Of a stretch of DNA of 64,000 nt, positions 19,256-30,536 are shown one piece after another. The position numbers and the translations under genes are program-made. The stretch comes from Thermodesulfobacteriota bacterium (lineage in GTDB: Bacteria > Desulfobacterota_D > UBA1144 > Nemesobacterales > JAJCZQ01). The notes beneath the pieces were generated by a model. It saw only the letters and a list, made by a program, of their open reading frames with translations. It was not told the DNA's origin and searched no databases. The DNA lies in NCBI GenBank assembly GCA_965215275.1, contig OZ244044.1:288001-352000 (forward strand). Reading direction: 5' to 3'. Within the stretch, counting starts at the first letter, position 1, and every line of letters starts with the position of its first letter.

Positions 19256-20512
19256 ATGCCGGAGAGGAAACTAATAACAAAGGAAAAATACCAGAACAAG
19301 TTGATGGCTATTTTTTCGACTCAGGAAGGTGATTTGATAGAGAAGGTCAATCGTAACAACGATAGGTTAAATGCAAAGGAGATTACAGAAGAACAGTGGT
19401 TGATCGAAGATCGCACTCTGAAGGCAGAAGGTGCAGATATCAGAAGCACAAAAGATCTTTGGGAACAGCTTGACAGCTATGTGATCAACACTGGAGATTA
19501 TAGTCCGGTATTTGCTGATCATCATAAAATGCCCGTTCCATCGTTTGATAAAGCATTTTCTGAGATGATAGGCACTCCATCTCAGAAAGGAAAGGTCAAT
19601 TCATATGAGATGAGTGAACGTGACTGGATAACGCTTTTGAGGGGTGGGGGTATGGCAGTTCCGTTACAGGCAGCTGTAGGCGATATGTCGACTGGCGATG
19701 CTGTTGCAGAAGCAACTAACACGTCAGAGGTTGTTGAATACCTGATGAATCCTATTACTATCTTAGATTTTATCACTGTCCGGATGATAAATACGAGACA
19801 GATACGTATGATCCGAGAAGATACTACTAAAGCAGATTTTGGTCTGACCGCCAAGGTAGCAACCAGAGATTGTGTGTCTACTGGTGCTTTCTATCGTTTC
19901 AATGAGGAGTTGATGCTGGATGACAATAGAGCTCACTTCCTTCCATATGTAAGAACAAGGTTGCCGATGGAGTTTCGCCTTCAGGTCGAAACGTGGTTAT
20001 ATCGTGGAGCTGGTACAAGTAACACTCCTCTTGGTTTTACTGCTGAAACAGGTAGATCTACCTTGACTGACCTTGCACACAGTGGAGCTTCTGTGCAAAA
20101 ACGGCTTGAAGCCTTTGAGGATGCTCGTGTAAAAATCTTTACAGATGCAAAAACACGTGCCAACTTGTTCATTGTGCATCCATCACATTTTTCCGAGTTT
20201 TTAACTCTGAAAAACAGTGATAATAGGTATCTGTTTGCTATAAACACAGTGAAAACACAGAGTGGAAAACAGATCCCAACAGTTTGGGGTGTACCTATTG
20301 TAGAATCTTTCGCAGCTGAGAAGAATAAATTCACGGCTGTGGATATGGGGTTTGTATCCCAGTATCTTCTGAAGGGAAGCACAAGGCTCCGTGAAGGTCA
20401 GATAGATGACGACCTGCTGAAAAACAAATGGACGATCATAATTGACTCCTATATGAATCAGTATACCGTTCGTCCTAAAGCGGTCTGCACATGGGGACAG
20501 GCGACTTCTTAA
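19256..20512 (+). CDS. HK97-family phage major capsid protein
   Basis: N-terminal coiled region; LYRGAGTSNTPLG, IVHPSHF..LTLKNSDNRYLF, TVWGVPIVES, VRPKAV. Confidence 0.85.
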   Translation: MPERKLITKEKYQNKLMAIFSTQEGDLIEKVNRNNDRLNAKEITEEQWLIEDRTLKAEGADIRSTKDLWEQLDSYVINTGDYSPVFADHHKMPVPSFDKAFSEMIGTPSQKGKVNSYEMSERDWITLLRGGGMAVPLQAAVGDMSTGDAVAEATNTSEVVEYLMNPITILDFITVRMINTRQIRMIREDTTKADFGLTAKVATRDCVSTGAFYRFNEELMLDDNRAHFLPYVRTRLPMEFRLQVETWLYRGAGTSNTPLGFTAETGRSTLTDLAHSGASVQKRLEAFEDARVKIFTDAKTRANLFIVHPSHFSEFLTLKNSDNRYLFAINTVKTQSGKQIPTVWGVPIVESFAAEKNKFTAVDMGFVSQYLLKGSTRLREGQIDDDLLKNKWTIIIDSYMNQYTVRPKAVCTWGQATS

Positions 20513-21000
20513 TTAGAGAAAGACGGGAGATTCAGACTGATAAAGTTCTGAATCTCCTATTCTTATCCCGGATCAAGAAGCATCTGCGTATTGCAACGAA
20601 CGAGACAGATGAAGATGAGTTGTTGCAGGAATATGCTGAAGCGTCAGAGAAGTTAATCGAGCATATGACGGACATCTTTCTTAACGACTGTGTTTTCTTT
20701 TATACTTTCGATGTATCTCAAGATTCTAAAGAAGTATTTGATTTAGATGCTTATCCTATAACGGTTAATATCATTTGATTATTCGAAAAGAATGAAAGAA
20801 TTCATTTTGCTTTTGATAAATACATTGAAAACGATACGGTCTTGCAAGATCTTGAAGGTAATGTTTTAACTCCTGCCAGTAGCATTGCTGTAGAATTTTT
20901 AACGCTAACTTTCTTAAAGTTCGTCATACGGCAAGCAAAGATTACGTGAGTATTCTGTTCGAATCCCAATTGGGTCGTACTCTTGGATACATAGCTGATG
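20491..21000 (+). pseudogene. Phage head-tail connector (gp6-like), interrupted
   Basis: IKKHLRI..NETDEDELLQEYAEASEKLIEHMT; early stop at 20778; 3' limit approximate. Confidence 0.65.
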
Positions 21001-21031
21001 AAACTGCAGCCAGCAGACATTCTGACGGAAA

Positions 21032-21108
21032 GATATCAGTTAGTTCAATCCTCGGAAAGGACTGCGTCGTTGTTATGTATTTATTCGAGACCTTCTCTTC
21101 CTTGCTAA
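21032..21108 (-). repeat. Copy of the 3' end and downstream sequence of S8 paralogue 2 (22711-22786)
   Basis: GATATCAGTTAGTTYAATCCTCRGAAAGGACTGCGTCRTTGTTATGTATTTAT at both sites. Confidence 0.9.
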
Positions 21109-21248
21109 ATCGTTTTCTCTTAGCCTGATTCTCTCATGTAGTAGCTAAATGACACACCTAGGCTAATCAGGCAAGAGAGCGGAAAATGAGGAGGGGGAGA
21201 TAATTATTAAATACTCTTTTTATTTTTTGTTTGGATTTATACGAATCT

Positions 21249-22196
21249 TCAATTTTTTAAAGAACTTAAGAGATTAATTAAAAAGTCTAAGAATTCAATT
21301 AATCCGCCAGTTACAAATAATAAGATAAGAATTACAAGAATAGCCGGAACACCAACAGCCGTTCCTAATCCAGCAACCCCAATATTGCCAATCAAAATAC
21401 CAACTCCAACAACAACCCCTAGTAAGACAACTTGGATTTTTTGCTTAAAAGTTAATTGATCCCAAATCTTTGGAATCTCATCTTTTATAATTTTAATTGC
21501 AGGGTCTATTATTTCTAAATTAGAAAGAGTCTTTGCCACCTCTTTAAACCATTGTCCTTTTTCAGATAAACTTGCGTTATCATCGGGAATATTTTTCTTA
21601 TGTTTTTCTAAGTCTTCTAAGACGACTTCAACATTACCTTCATCATCAAGCTTATCCTTAAACTTATCCTTCGATCTTATAACCGCATCCTTTAAGATGT
21701 TAAGGAGCGAACTTTCGTCCGCGTTCTTCTTGTCTTCATTGGCTCTTTGGCTATCTTCAACCTTTCTGAACAGTTCAGAAAAATCGCTATAATAAATAAT
21801 TCGTTGACCTGAAGGTATCTCAATAGTTGTTCCTGCCTTTCCCTCTCTGTCAACTGAAACACTTAATCTTACTTCATTAATCTCACTTGGTAGATCTGGC
21901 ATTGATTTCAGACGAATTTCAAGGTCTTTAATATGCTTGCTGACCCTGTCAAGTGCTTCTGACCACTTAGGCGTTCCCTGTGGGCACGAGTTAACATTAT
22001 CGATTCGGTCATTAATCAGATCTATTAGGCCGACGATGTTATTCGTTTGATCTTTTTCTTTTTTATATACCCAATTCTGTACCCTATCCCCAAGTCTTTT
22101 AAAAAATCCAACTTCTTCACAAGTTTCTGCAAAGGTAGCAGAACTTGGAATAAGTAATAATAAAAGGATAATAAATATTTTCATCTTGTTCACCAA
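21249..22196 (-). CDS. Hypothetical exported coiled-coil protein with a C-terminal Gly-rich TM hairpin
   Basis: Signal peptide MKIFIILLLLLIPSSATFA; AT-rich; hydrophobic C-terminus. Confidence 0.6.
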   Translation of the reverse strand: MVNKMKIFIILLLLLIPSSATFAETCEEVGFFKRLGDRVQNWVYKKEKDQTNNIVGLIDLINDRIDNVNSCPQGTPKWSEALDRVSKHIKDLEIRLKSMPDLPSEINEVRLSVSVDREGKAGTTIEIPSGQRIIYYSDFSELFRKVEDSQRANEDKKNADESSLLNILKDAVIRSKDKFKDKLDDEGNVEVVLEDLEKHKKNIPDDNASLSEKGQWFKEVAKTLSNLEIIDPAIKIIKDEIPKIWDQLTFKQKIQVVLLGVVVGVGILIGNIGVAGLGTAVGVPAILVILILLFVTGGLIEFLDFLINLLSSLKN

Positions 22197-22285
22197 TGAA
22201 TAGAGGATTGACTTGCTAGGTTGCGTAATACTATCTTGATGTTTATATCTGCCGCATTGATTTCGTTAATAACAATATAACTCAT

Positions 22286-22645
22286 TTACTTCACCTCATT
22301 GTTGTTTTGATAATCCAAAATGGACTTGTATTCGCCTGGATATAACTGTCTAAATTCTTCTTTATCTTTCTCTGATAAAGTAAAATACCACCATACATAA
22401 TCATCCATAGACCATTCTCGAGTCCAATCATCAATGTTTTTACCAATCCATAACAACATCAATAAACCAATTACTACTAATGCCAAACATGTGCTGAAAC
22501 GCACTGCTACTACAAAGTATTGATGTTGGTATTCTTGCAAACCGCTTTTTATCCACTGGTTAGCATCCGGTGCGTAACTATAAACAGCAGATACATACAA
22601 AAGAACTAATATGGTAAATAAAAACCAAAATAAAAACTTTTTCAT
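22286..22645 (-). CDS. Hypothetical membrane protein (2 TM)
   Basis: ORF with two hydrophobic helices. Confidence 0.55.
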   Translation of the reverse strand: MKKFLFWFLFTILVLLYVSAVYSYAPDANQWIKSGLQEYQHQYFVVAVRFSTCLALVVIGLLMLLWIGKNIDDWTREWSMDDYVWWYFTLSEKDKEEFRQLYPGEYKSILDYQNNNEVK

Positions 22646-22751
22646 AAGAGCTTCCGACTTTTATTTTGTTTTTTACTCATTGTACCATTTAAATGTTAAT
22701 TTGAACAAGGGATATCAGTTAGTTTAATCCTCAGAAAGGACTGCGTCATTG

Positions 22752-25700
22752 TTATGTATTTATCTGAGATCTTCTCTTTTTTCTAATTATTACTGATACA
22801 GGTATTAGCATCAGAGATGCTACTGCTACGAGCAGATCAGAAGCAACTTCGTTCTGACCGGAGATTGCACATCCCCCACCACCGCCTGCATCACTAACTG
22901 ACGTCGGACCTCGCGTTGGTGGTCTTTGTGTTGGTGGCGGCAGAACAGTTGGAGTTGTTACTTTGATCGTAAAACTCAACTCATCCATATCCTTATCTTC
23001 ATCTATCACCCTGTACATATAATTACCAATTGATGCTCTGGTCGGTATTCCGCTTATCGTTCGGGTAACTGAATTAAAACTCAATCCAGTAGGTAAAGGA
23101 AGGTTTATACTGTAAGTCAGAACTCCATCCCCTCCCGCTGCCTCAGGCAGCGTCTCTGATGTTGTCTGTCTCCCTACTGTGTAATGCTGAGTGGAAATGG
23201 ACTCTCCATCAAAGGTCGGACTCCTGTCTGCTTCTACCGTGATACCAAAACTCAACTCGTCCGTATCTCCATCTTTATCTGTTACCGTATACGTGTAAGT
23301 AGTCTCAAGTGCTGCAGTAGTGGGTGTGCCACTTAACTCTCGGATAGCTTCATTAAAACTCAATCCAGCAGGCAATGCTGGGGTTATACTGTAAGTTAAA
23401 GGCGCGTTTCCTCCCGTTGCCTCAGGCAGCGTCTGCGGGGTTATCAGGCTCCCTGCTATGTACTCCTGATCAGTGATTGTTGTACCACCAAAGGTCGGAC
23501 TCCTGTCTGCTTCTACCGTGATACCGAAACTCAACTTATCCGTATCTCCATCTTCGTCTGTTACCGTATATGTGTAAGTAGTCTCAAGTGCTGCAGTAGT
23601 AGGTGTGCCACTTAACTTTCGGGTAGCTGAATTAAAACTCAATCCAGCAGGCAATGCTGGGGTTATACTGTAAGTTAAAGGCGCATTCCCTCCCGTTGCC
23701 TCAGGCAGCGTCTGCGGGGTTATCAAGATCCCTGCTATGTACTCCTGATTAGTGACCGTTGCACTACCAAAGATCGGACTCCTGTCTGCTTCTACCGTGA
23801 TATGGAACGTCAAATCATCCGTATCCCCGTCCTCATCCGTTACTGTATATGTATATGCTGTCCTGCCCACTGCAGTAGCCGGTGTTCCGCTTATCATTCG
23901 GGTAACTTCATTAAAACTCAATCCAGCAGGTAATTCTGGGGTTATACTGTAAGTTAAAGGTTCATTCCCTCCAGTTGCAACAGGCAGCATCTGCGGGGTT
24001 ATCAAGCTCCCTGCTATATACTCCTGATTAGTGATCGTTTCACCGTCAAACCTTGGCACTGTGTCTCCGGCCCTGTGACCATAAACTTTAATGCCCCATG
24101 AGTGTAAAGTCCCTGTATCTGTATCTTCAGGAGAAAAGTCAGATATTTTCAAAGTCCACTCTCCAGCAGAACTTTCTCCCAAGTGCTTGGCTGAACCAAA
24201 ACGATGAGTGTATCTGCTGTATACGAAATCTGATGCGCTGAGTGAAGTGGACAGTGCTCCTGATGCAAATTCCTCAGTAAGTTTAGATACAGTACCAACA
24301 GGGGACATTATCTGTATATTTAAATCTGGTAAGAAACCATGGGAGAGTTCGAGATAAATCTCTACAAACTCTGTAAAAAGCTCATTATCGGATATGGTCA
24401 GTCTGGAAATAGTTTCTCCGTCTCCGGTTCTGCTGTAGTCGACAATTGTCATATTAATAGTAGACGAGGAAACGGTCAGGGTTCTTATTGGCGTTGGTGG
24501 AATCCTGTTCCAGTTCTCAGCAAGTTCTACTGCTGCATCAGCATCTACCACACCGAAACCGTACTTTGGATTGTAATTATACCTCTCTGAATCAGAACCA
24601 TATTTAAGTGCTCCTGTCTCCCATCCTGAGTCTGAAGCGTCGTTCTTACGAGCTGAAGCTGCAAGTATTAACTTAAGATCTCTCCAGCTAAGCTGGCCGT
24701 TCACCTCTCTCATCAGTGCTGCTACACCTGAAACCTGTGCTGCTGAATATGCCGTTCCACTTGCATCAAAAATATATCCATTGTTATAAGATTCAGTAGT
24801 TGTAATATGTTCTCCTGGAGCACATACCCATAGATTTACTCCTTCTTCTGAAAAAGAACTCTTACTTCCCTCTCCATCTACTGAACATATTGTAGTTACT
24901 GCGTAGTAGTTAGAATACTCGTCAAAATTAGCCTGATCTGCGTCTTCATGTCCATCTCCAGCCGCCCAAACGTAAAATACCCCTTTACCACCGAACCCTT
25001 CACTTATACCCGTTCTCACTCCTTCTTCCCACCTTGATAAAGCCCCGCGAAGAAGAGGCAACTCATCCGGTCCCCAGTTGTTGTTCGATACGGCTGTTAT
25101 ATCTTTATTACGTATCATAGCATTTTTTACGTTAGCGTCGACAGGATTCCGCCAATTATAACTATTGTCTAAATCATAATTATAGATGGTTGCCTCTGGT
25201 GCTACACCTCTCACTCCAAGACTGTTATCACCGACTGCTGCTATAATGCCTGCCACACGTGTACTTGAATAGTCATTGTGGTATCCGTATCCTATGTAGT
25301 AATGATGATTCAGACTGGTATTTACATTATCAGTAAGGTCCTCGTGCCCTATGTGAACACCATCATTTACCACTGCTATGTTAATTCCAGCACCGAATAT
25401 GTCATCATCCCAGACCCCTTCTATGTTTATATCTTCTCCTGCTGTTATTGTCTTACCGAAAATATTCCGTCCTGTATTTTTCAGATACCACTGACAGCCG
25501 TAGAGAGGTTCACTTGGAAAATTGGTATTACTGGAGTCACAATGATCAATATAATCAGAAAGAGTAGGATCAGTTGCTTCAGCTGTAAGTCGAGAGTACT
25601 CTGTATTACTATTGCTTTCCACAACGATATAGTACGTTCCTGATGGGACGATAGCTGTAATCTCCCGAAGTCTACCTGCCAGAAGTCTACCTGTACTACC

Positions 25701-27469
25701 GTCTATCAGATTATTATTGCTGTTACACAAATGTATACCGTATTCGTGTGAACTGTGTCCGAGATCAAGACTGTCAAAAATTATACCTATATCTATGGTA
25801 CTAAGAGGGTCTGTTAAGTATGCCTTATAGTAATGTAGTCCTCCACCACTAGCGAAACTTCCACTTTGTCGCGTGCCGCCCAACCACAATCTTCTAATAT
25901 TACTTGCACTGGAAGCACCTTCACAATAATAAGAAGGATCAGGATCAGTTTTTGTAGCTCTAAGTTCACTGTAGCTTATAGAATCATCGCCTCCCACAAC
26001 GATATAGTGTGTTCCCGATCTTACGGTAGCTGTAATACTTTCACGACTTACGCCAAACTCATCACTTGTACCAGTAGTACTGTCTATCAGACCATCATTG
26101 CTGTCACACAACTCTAAACTGTATTGGACCCCACCAGAACCTTGGCCGAAGGTTATATCTATATCTAATTCTGTAAGAAGGTCCGTTACTTCTATCTCAT
26201 AGTAACGAAATTCAGCACCAGTATTGAAACTTCCACTTTGCTCCATTCCGTCAAGCGTCAGGATAGTTGAACTTTGCCCTGAGTTGCAATTATTAGAACC
26301 AGCTCTGATATAGTAGTCTGTAGAATAATATTTATTGGTATAGCCTTCCAAAACGATATAGTACGTTCCTTGTTCGACAGTAGTTGTAACATGCCGACCT
26401 CTCCATGTACCGGTGGAACTGGCTATTATATTATTATTGCTGTCACACAAAACTAAACTGACTGCGGAAGAACTGACATCAACTGTTGAGGTCGTAAATA
26501 CAATTACTTTGCTAAGAGGGTCTCTTACACTTACTTGATAATAGTGCAGTTTACCAGCTCTTAAACTTTCATGTCGTCCATGTCCGTCCAACCACAATCT
26601 TCCAATATTACTTGTACTGGATGCACCTTCACAATAATCGGAATAATCACTTGTTGTAGCTGTAAGTCCAGAGTAGTCTATACTATCATCACTTCCCACA
26701 ACGATATAGTACGTTCCCGATCTTATGATAGCTGTAATATTCTCAGGACTTGCAACACCACTACTTGTACCAGTAGCACTGTCTATTAAAGCATCATCGC
26801 TGTCACATAAAACTAAAACGTAGTCGACACCATTACCAGTACCAAAAGTTATATCTATATCTAATTTTATACCAGGGTCTGTTACATCTATCTGATAGTA
26901 ATGCAGTTCACCATTAGCATTGAGACTTCCACTTTTTGAATCTCCGCCAACCTCCAGCGTATCTTCGGTACCTTCACTGGCATCGCAATATTCGGAAGGA
27001 GCAGGAGCATCTTCATTAGCACTGACATAGTAGGCTGCACTATACTGGCTATTGATATAGCCTTCAAAAACGATATAGTATGTTCCCGGCCCGACCGTAG
27101 CTGTAACACGCCGACTTTTCCCCGTACCTGTAGAACTAGTTATCAAATTATTATTGCTGTCACACAACTCTAAACTTACTGTGGTACTATAAATATAACT
27201 AAGTGAAAATCCCGCCGTTATAGTTACTTTGCTAAGAGGATTTGTTACATCTATCTGATAGTAACGTATTCCACCCCAGCCATTGAAATCGCCATTGAAA
27301 GTTCCACTTTGCTCCGTTCCCTCAAACCCCAATATAGCTTCGATACTTGCACTGGAGTCACAATTATTACTCTGTCCATATGCCTCAATGGATACAAAGC
27401 ATAGAAGAAAAAAGACAAAGAGAATTACTAATTTAGATGGGGGGGGGTAGAATCTAAATAAATGTTCAT
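22752..27469 (-). CDS. S8 kexin-like pseudo-protease 2: signal peptide, 5 PPC-like repeats, S8, P-domain, 4 Ig-like repeats, Gly-rich-Cys/TM/basic tail; frameshifted at C9
   Basis: ATG 27469 reads MNIYLDSTPPHLN*; +1 C at 27439-27447 joins it to PSKLVILFVFFLLCFVSIEAYGQ and ORF 27332-22752. Confidence 0.85.
23216..24050 (-). repeat. 279-bp tandem coding repeats (Ig-like units)
   Basis: TCGGACTCCTGTCTGCTTCTACCGTGATA recurs at about 23216, 23495 and 23774; units nearly identical. Confidence 0.9.
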
Positions 27470-27479
27470 AACCTGTTTT

Positions 27480-27509
27480 ATTCTACTTTGTATCCTGACC
27501 GAATGTCAA
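27480..27509 (-). promoter_or_regulatory. Sigma70-type promoter of S8 paralogue 2
   Basis: TTGACA-18-TAGAAT on the minus strand, ATG 10 nt downstream. Confidence 0.65.
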
Positions 27510-27863
27510 GAATAACCTCTTTAGTAAACAAAAAGCCGTTATCAAAGCAAGAAAACCTAAAAATAAGGTCGGTCATACTAAAAGATCCGTTCAAAACTTT
27601 ATAGTCAGCATCATATATGAAGTAATCAATAATAAATGCGACCACAATGAAACTAACTTAAATTACCATCCTCTTCTCACTATCTGCTCTAATATCCACA
27701 AATAACTTCTCAAATAGATATATCTTTGCCCTACTCTATCCATAACCCTTATAAATTAACATTTTCTCCACTTCTAAGGTACACTTTCCCTCAATGTTAA
27801 ATATAATTGTAATATTTGCTTGATGTTTATATCATTACTAACTTAACACAGAGAGGTACATAA

Positions 27864-28130
27864 ATGACCGACACAAAAAACAACCAAGGTGGTTTCAAGC
27901 TTGATTTCTCAGGATTTATATTATCACTCAATACATCAGCATTAATTCATCTTGGTGAAATTCCCGACCCTGAATCCAAACAAAGAATGGTGAACTTACC
28001 TGCGGCAAGACACACTATAAACATTCTGGAAGTCATCACTGAAAAAACCGAAGGGAATTTATCGGAAGAGGAACAGAAACTCATTAATGACATTATTTAT
28101 GACCTCAGGATGAAGGTAATAAAAACTTAA
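27864..28130 (+). CDS. DUF1844 family protein
   Basis: DFSGFILSLNTSALIHLGEIPDP...ARHTINILEVITEKTEGNL. Confidence 0.8.
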   Translation: MTDTKNNQGGFKLDFSGFILSLNTSALIHLGEIPDPESKQRMVNLPAARHTINILEVITEKTEGNLSEEEQKLINDIIYDLRMKVIKT

Positions 28131-28172
28131 ACCTGAATATTCAATATTATAGATAACTCTCTCAAACTAAAT

Positions 28173-29612
28173 ATGAATTATCGCTCAGTCATAAACGACT
28201 TCAAGAGCAAGAAAGTACTTGTGATCGGAGATCTGATCCTGGATAAATACATCTCCGGCACAAGCGGCCGTATATCTCCCGAGGCTCCCGTGCCTGTGAT
28301 CAGTCATAACGGGACCGAATATCAGCTGGGCGGGGCTTCGAACGTTGCAAAGAATATCATAAACCTGGGCGCTGAAACACATCTGATCGGAACGGCCGGT
28401 AAGGATAACAATGGAAGGACCATAACAAAGCTGCTTGGCAAAGCAGGTATAAACCCGGAAAACATTATTAAGGACAGTAACAAACCGACAACGCTCAAGA
28501 CGAGGATCATTTCAGGTAACCAGCAGCTTCTGCGAATTGACGAAGAGCGTACCTCTGAGATCTCCTCCGATATACAAGACCAGCTGCTGGAGATGATACA
28601 AAAGGTCATTCGTACCAGCAACCCGGACGCAGTAATAATATCGGATTACAATAAAGGAACGGTAACGGATAAGATCTGCAGAGTGGCGATAAAAATGGCT
28701 GGAAGGTCCGGTGCTTTCATAGCCGTTGATCCAAAAGGGAAAGATTTCAGAAAGTACAGGGGAGCAAACGTTATAACCCCGAACAGAAATGAATCCGAGA
28801 CCGTCTATGGTAAGCCGATATCAGATAATAACGTACTGGTCAAAGCACTAAAGAAAATAAAAAGCGATACAGGAGCGGAAGGGGTCGTGATCACAAAAGG
28901 AAGTGAAGGGGTAAGTTTTATAAAAGGGAATAAGGTCTTTAACGTTCCAACTGCCGAAAAAGACGTATACGACGTAACGGGAGCAGGAGATACATTTATC
29001 TCCGCTTTTACCCTGTCGGTCCTGTGCTCCGGTTCATGGACGACCGCCGCAAAGATAGCCAATGCAGCGTCTTCCGTCGTAATTGACCACCTGGGAACGG
29101 GTTCACTTACCCGGGACCAGCTGGTGAACAGGCTCTCTTTTCCGGAAAAGATACAGAATATAAGGGATCTGATCCCTGTTCTGAACGAAAGAAGAAAAAA
29201 AGGAGAAAAGGTCGTCTTTACCAACGGATGCTTTGACATCCCTCACGCCGGACACGTCAAGTTCTTAAGGGAATCCAGAAAATACGGCGACCTGCTGGTC
29301 GTAGCGCTCAACAGTGACAGATCGGTAAGAAAATTAAAGGGAGAAAACAGACCTTTCTTCTCAGAGAACGACAGAGCTGCAATAGTATCTGAGTTCACAT
29401 GTGTGGACTACGTCATCATCTTTGACGAAGATACGCCCTTGAGCACGATAAAAAAATTAAGGCCGGACGTTATTACAAAGGGAGCCGACTATAAGAAAGA
29501 GCAGATAGTTGGCAAGGACCTTGTGGAAAGCTGCGGTGGACAGGTAAGGATAGTCCCGCTTGAACAAAACAGGTCGACCTCGTACTTTGCAGACAAGATC
29601 AGAAAAGATTAA
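28173..29612 (+). CDS. hldE: Bifunctional heptose-7-phosphate kinase / heptose-1-phosphate adenylyltransferase
   Basis: RISPEAPVPV, DVTGAGDT, VFTNGCFDIPHAGH, ALNSDRSV. Confidence 0.95.
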   Translation: MNYRSVINDFKSKKVLVIGDLILDKYISGTSGRISPEAPVPVISHNGTEYQLGGASNVAKNIINLGAETHLIGTAGKDNNGRTITKLLGKAGINPENIIKDSNKPTTLKTRIISGNQQLLRIDEERTSEISSDIQDQLLEMIQKVIRTSNPDAVIISDYNKGTVTDKICRVAIKMAGRSGAFIAVDPKGKDFRKYRGANVITPNRNESETVYGKPISDNNVLVKALKKIKSDTGAEGVVITKGSEGVSFIKGNKVFNVPTAEKDVYDVTGAGDTFISAFTLSVLCSGSWTTAAKIANAASSVVIDHLGTGSLTRDQLVNRLSFPEKIQNIRDLIPVLNERRKKGEKVVFTNGCFDIPHAGHVKFLRESRKYGDLLVVALNSDRSVRKLKGENRPFFSENDRAAIVSEFTCVDYVIIFDEDTPLSTIKKLRPDVITKGADYKKEQIVGKDLVESCGGQVRIVPLEQNRSTSYFADKIRKD

Positions 29613-29627
29613 CCGGCTGATCCAATA

Positions 29628-30536
29628 TCAAGGCTCAATACTTGAAAGCTTTGAGAACTCGGCGTATCTGGCGTTTATATCCTCTCTTTTGACGTTTGCC
29701 AACCGGTCCACACTGAAACTTTCCACTGTAAAGGACGCCATGACGCTGCCGTAGAAAACGGCTTTTTTATAATCCATGTTCCCTGCTGATCCGCAACCGG
29801 CCATATAGCCCATAAAACCGCCGGCAAACGTATCCCCGGCACCCGTCGGATCAAAGACGTCCTCGAGCGGATAGCCTGGAGCACAGAATATACCTTTACC
29901 GTTGAACATCAGCGCTCCATACTCGCCTCTTTTGATCACAACGGTCCTTGGACCCATGTTCATTATCTTACGTGCTGCCTTAGTTATTATAGGTTCACCT
30001 GACAGTTCCCGTGCTTCCGAGTCGTTGATCATAAGAATATCAACGAAGCTTAAAAGTGATCTAAGCTTATCGGGCTTGTTCTCTATCCAGAAGTTCATCG
30101 TGTCGCACGCCACTATCTTAGGTCTTTTCATCTGCTCAAGTACCGACATCTGTATAACGGGGTCGATGTTTGCCAGGAACACGTACTCGGCTTCCTGCAT
30201 GTTATCAGGTACGACCGGTCTGAACGTCTCGAACACGTTCAGATGAGTGGACAACGTCTTTGCTTCGGAAAGGTCGTATCCATATTCACCTTCCCACCTG
30301 AACGTAAATCCGTCCTTTTCCTTCTTTACACCATCCACGTTTATCTCCTTCTGCCTCAACAGATCAAGATGTCCTTCAGGAAAATCCCCTCCGACCACTG
30401 CCACTACGTTGACCCCGGTAAAGTGGCTTGCAGACAGAGAAAAATACGAGGCGGAACCGCCAAGCACGTTACTTACCTCTCCAAACGGTGTTTTAACGGA
30501 ATCAAGTGCCATTGAACCAACAACAAGTAAACTCAT
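29628..30536 (-). CDS. PfkB family carbohydrate/nucleoside kinase
   Basis: LGGSASY, DPTGAGDTFAGG. Confidence 0.9.
   Translation of the reverse strand: MSLLVVGSMALDSVKTPFGEVSNVLGGSASYFSLSASHFTGVNVVAVVGGDFPEGHLDLLRQKEINVDGVKKEKDGFTFRWEGEYGYDLSEAKTLSTHLNVFETFRPVVPDNMQEAEYVFLANIDPVIQMSVLEQMKRPKIVACDTMNFWIENKPDKLRSLLSFVDILMINDSEARELSGEPIITKAARKIMNMGPRTVVIKRGEYGALMFNGKGIFCAPGYPLEDVFDPTGAGDTFAGGFMGYMAGCGSAGNMDYKKAVFYGSVMASFTVESFSVDRLANVKREDINARYAEFSKLSSIEP

Noticed and set aside
18780..21030. Intact prophage or gene transfer agent
   Set aside because: No terminase, intact portal, tail, integrase or att sites
22709..27667. TIR pair around S8 paralogue 2 (GGGATATCAGTTAGTTT / AAACTAACTTAAATTACC)
   Set aside because: Only a 9-bp core match in AT-rich sequence and no omegaRNA-like tail; too weak
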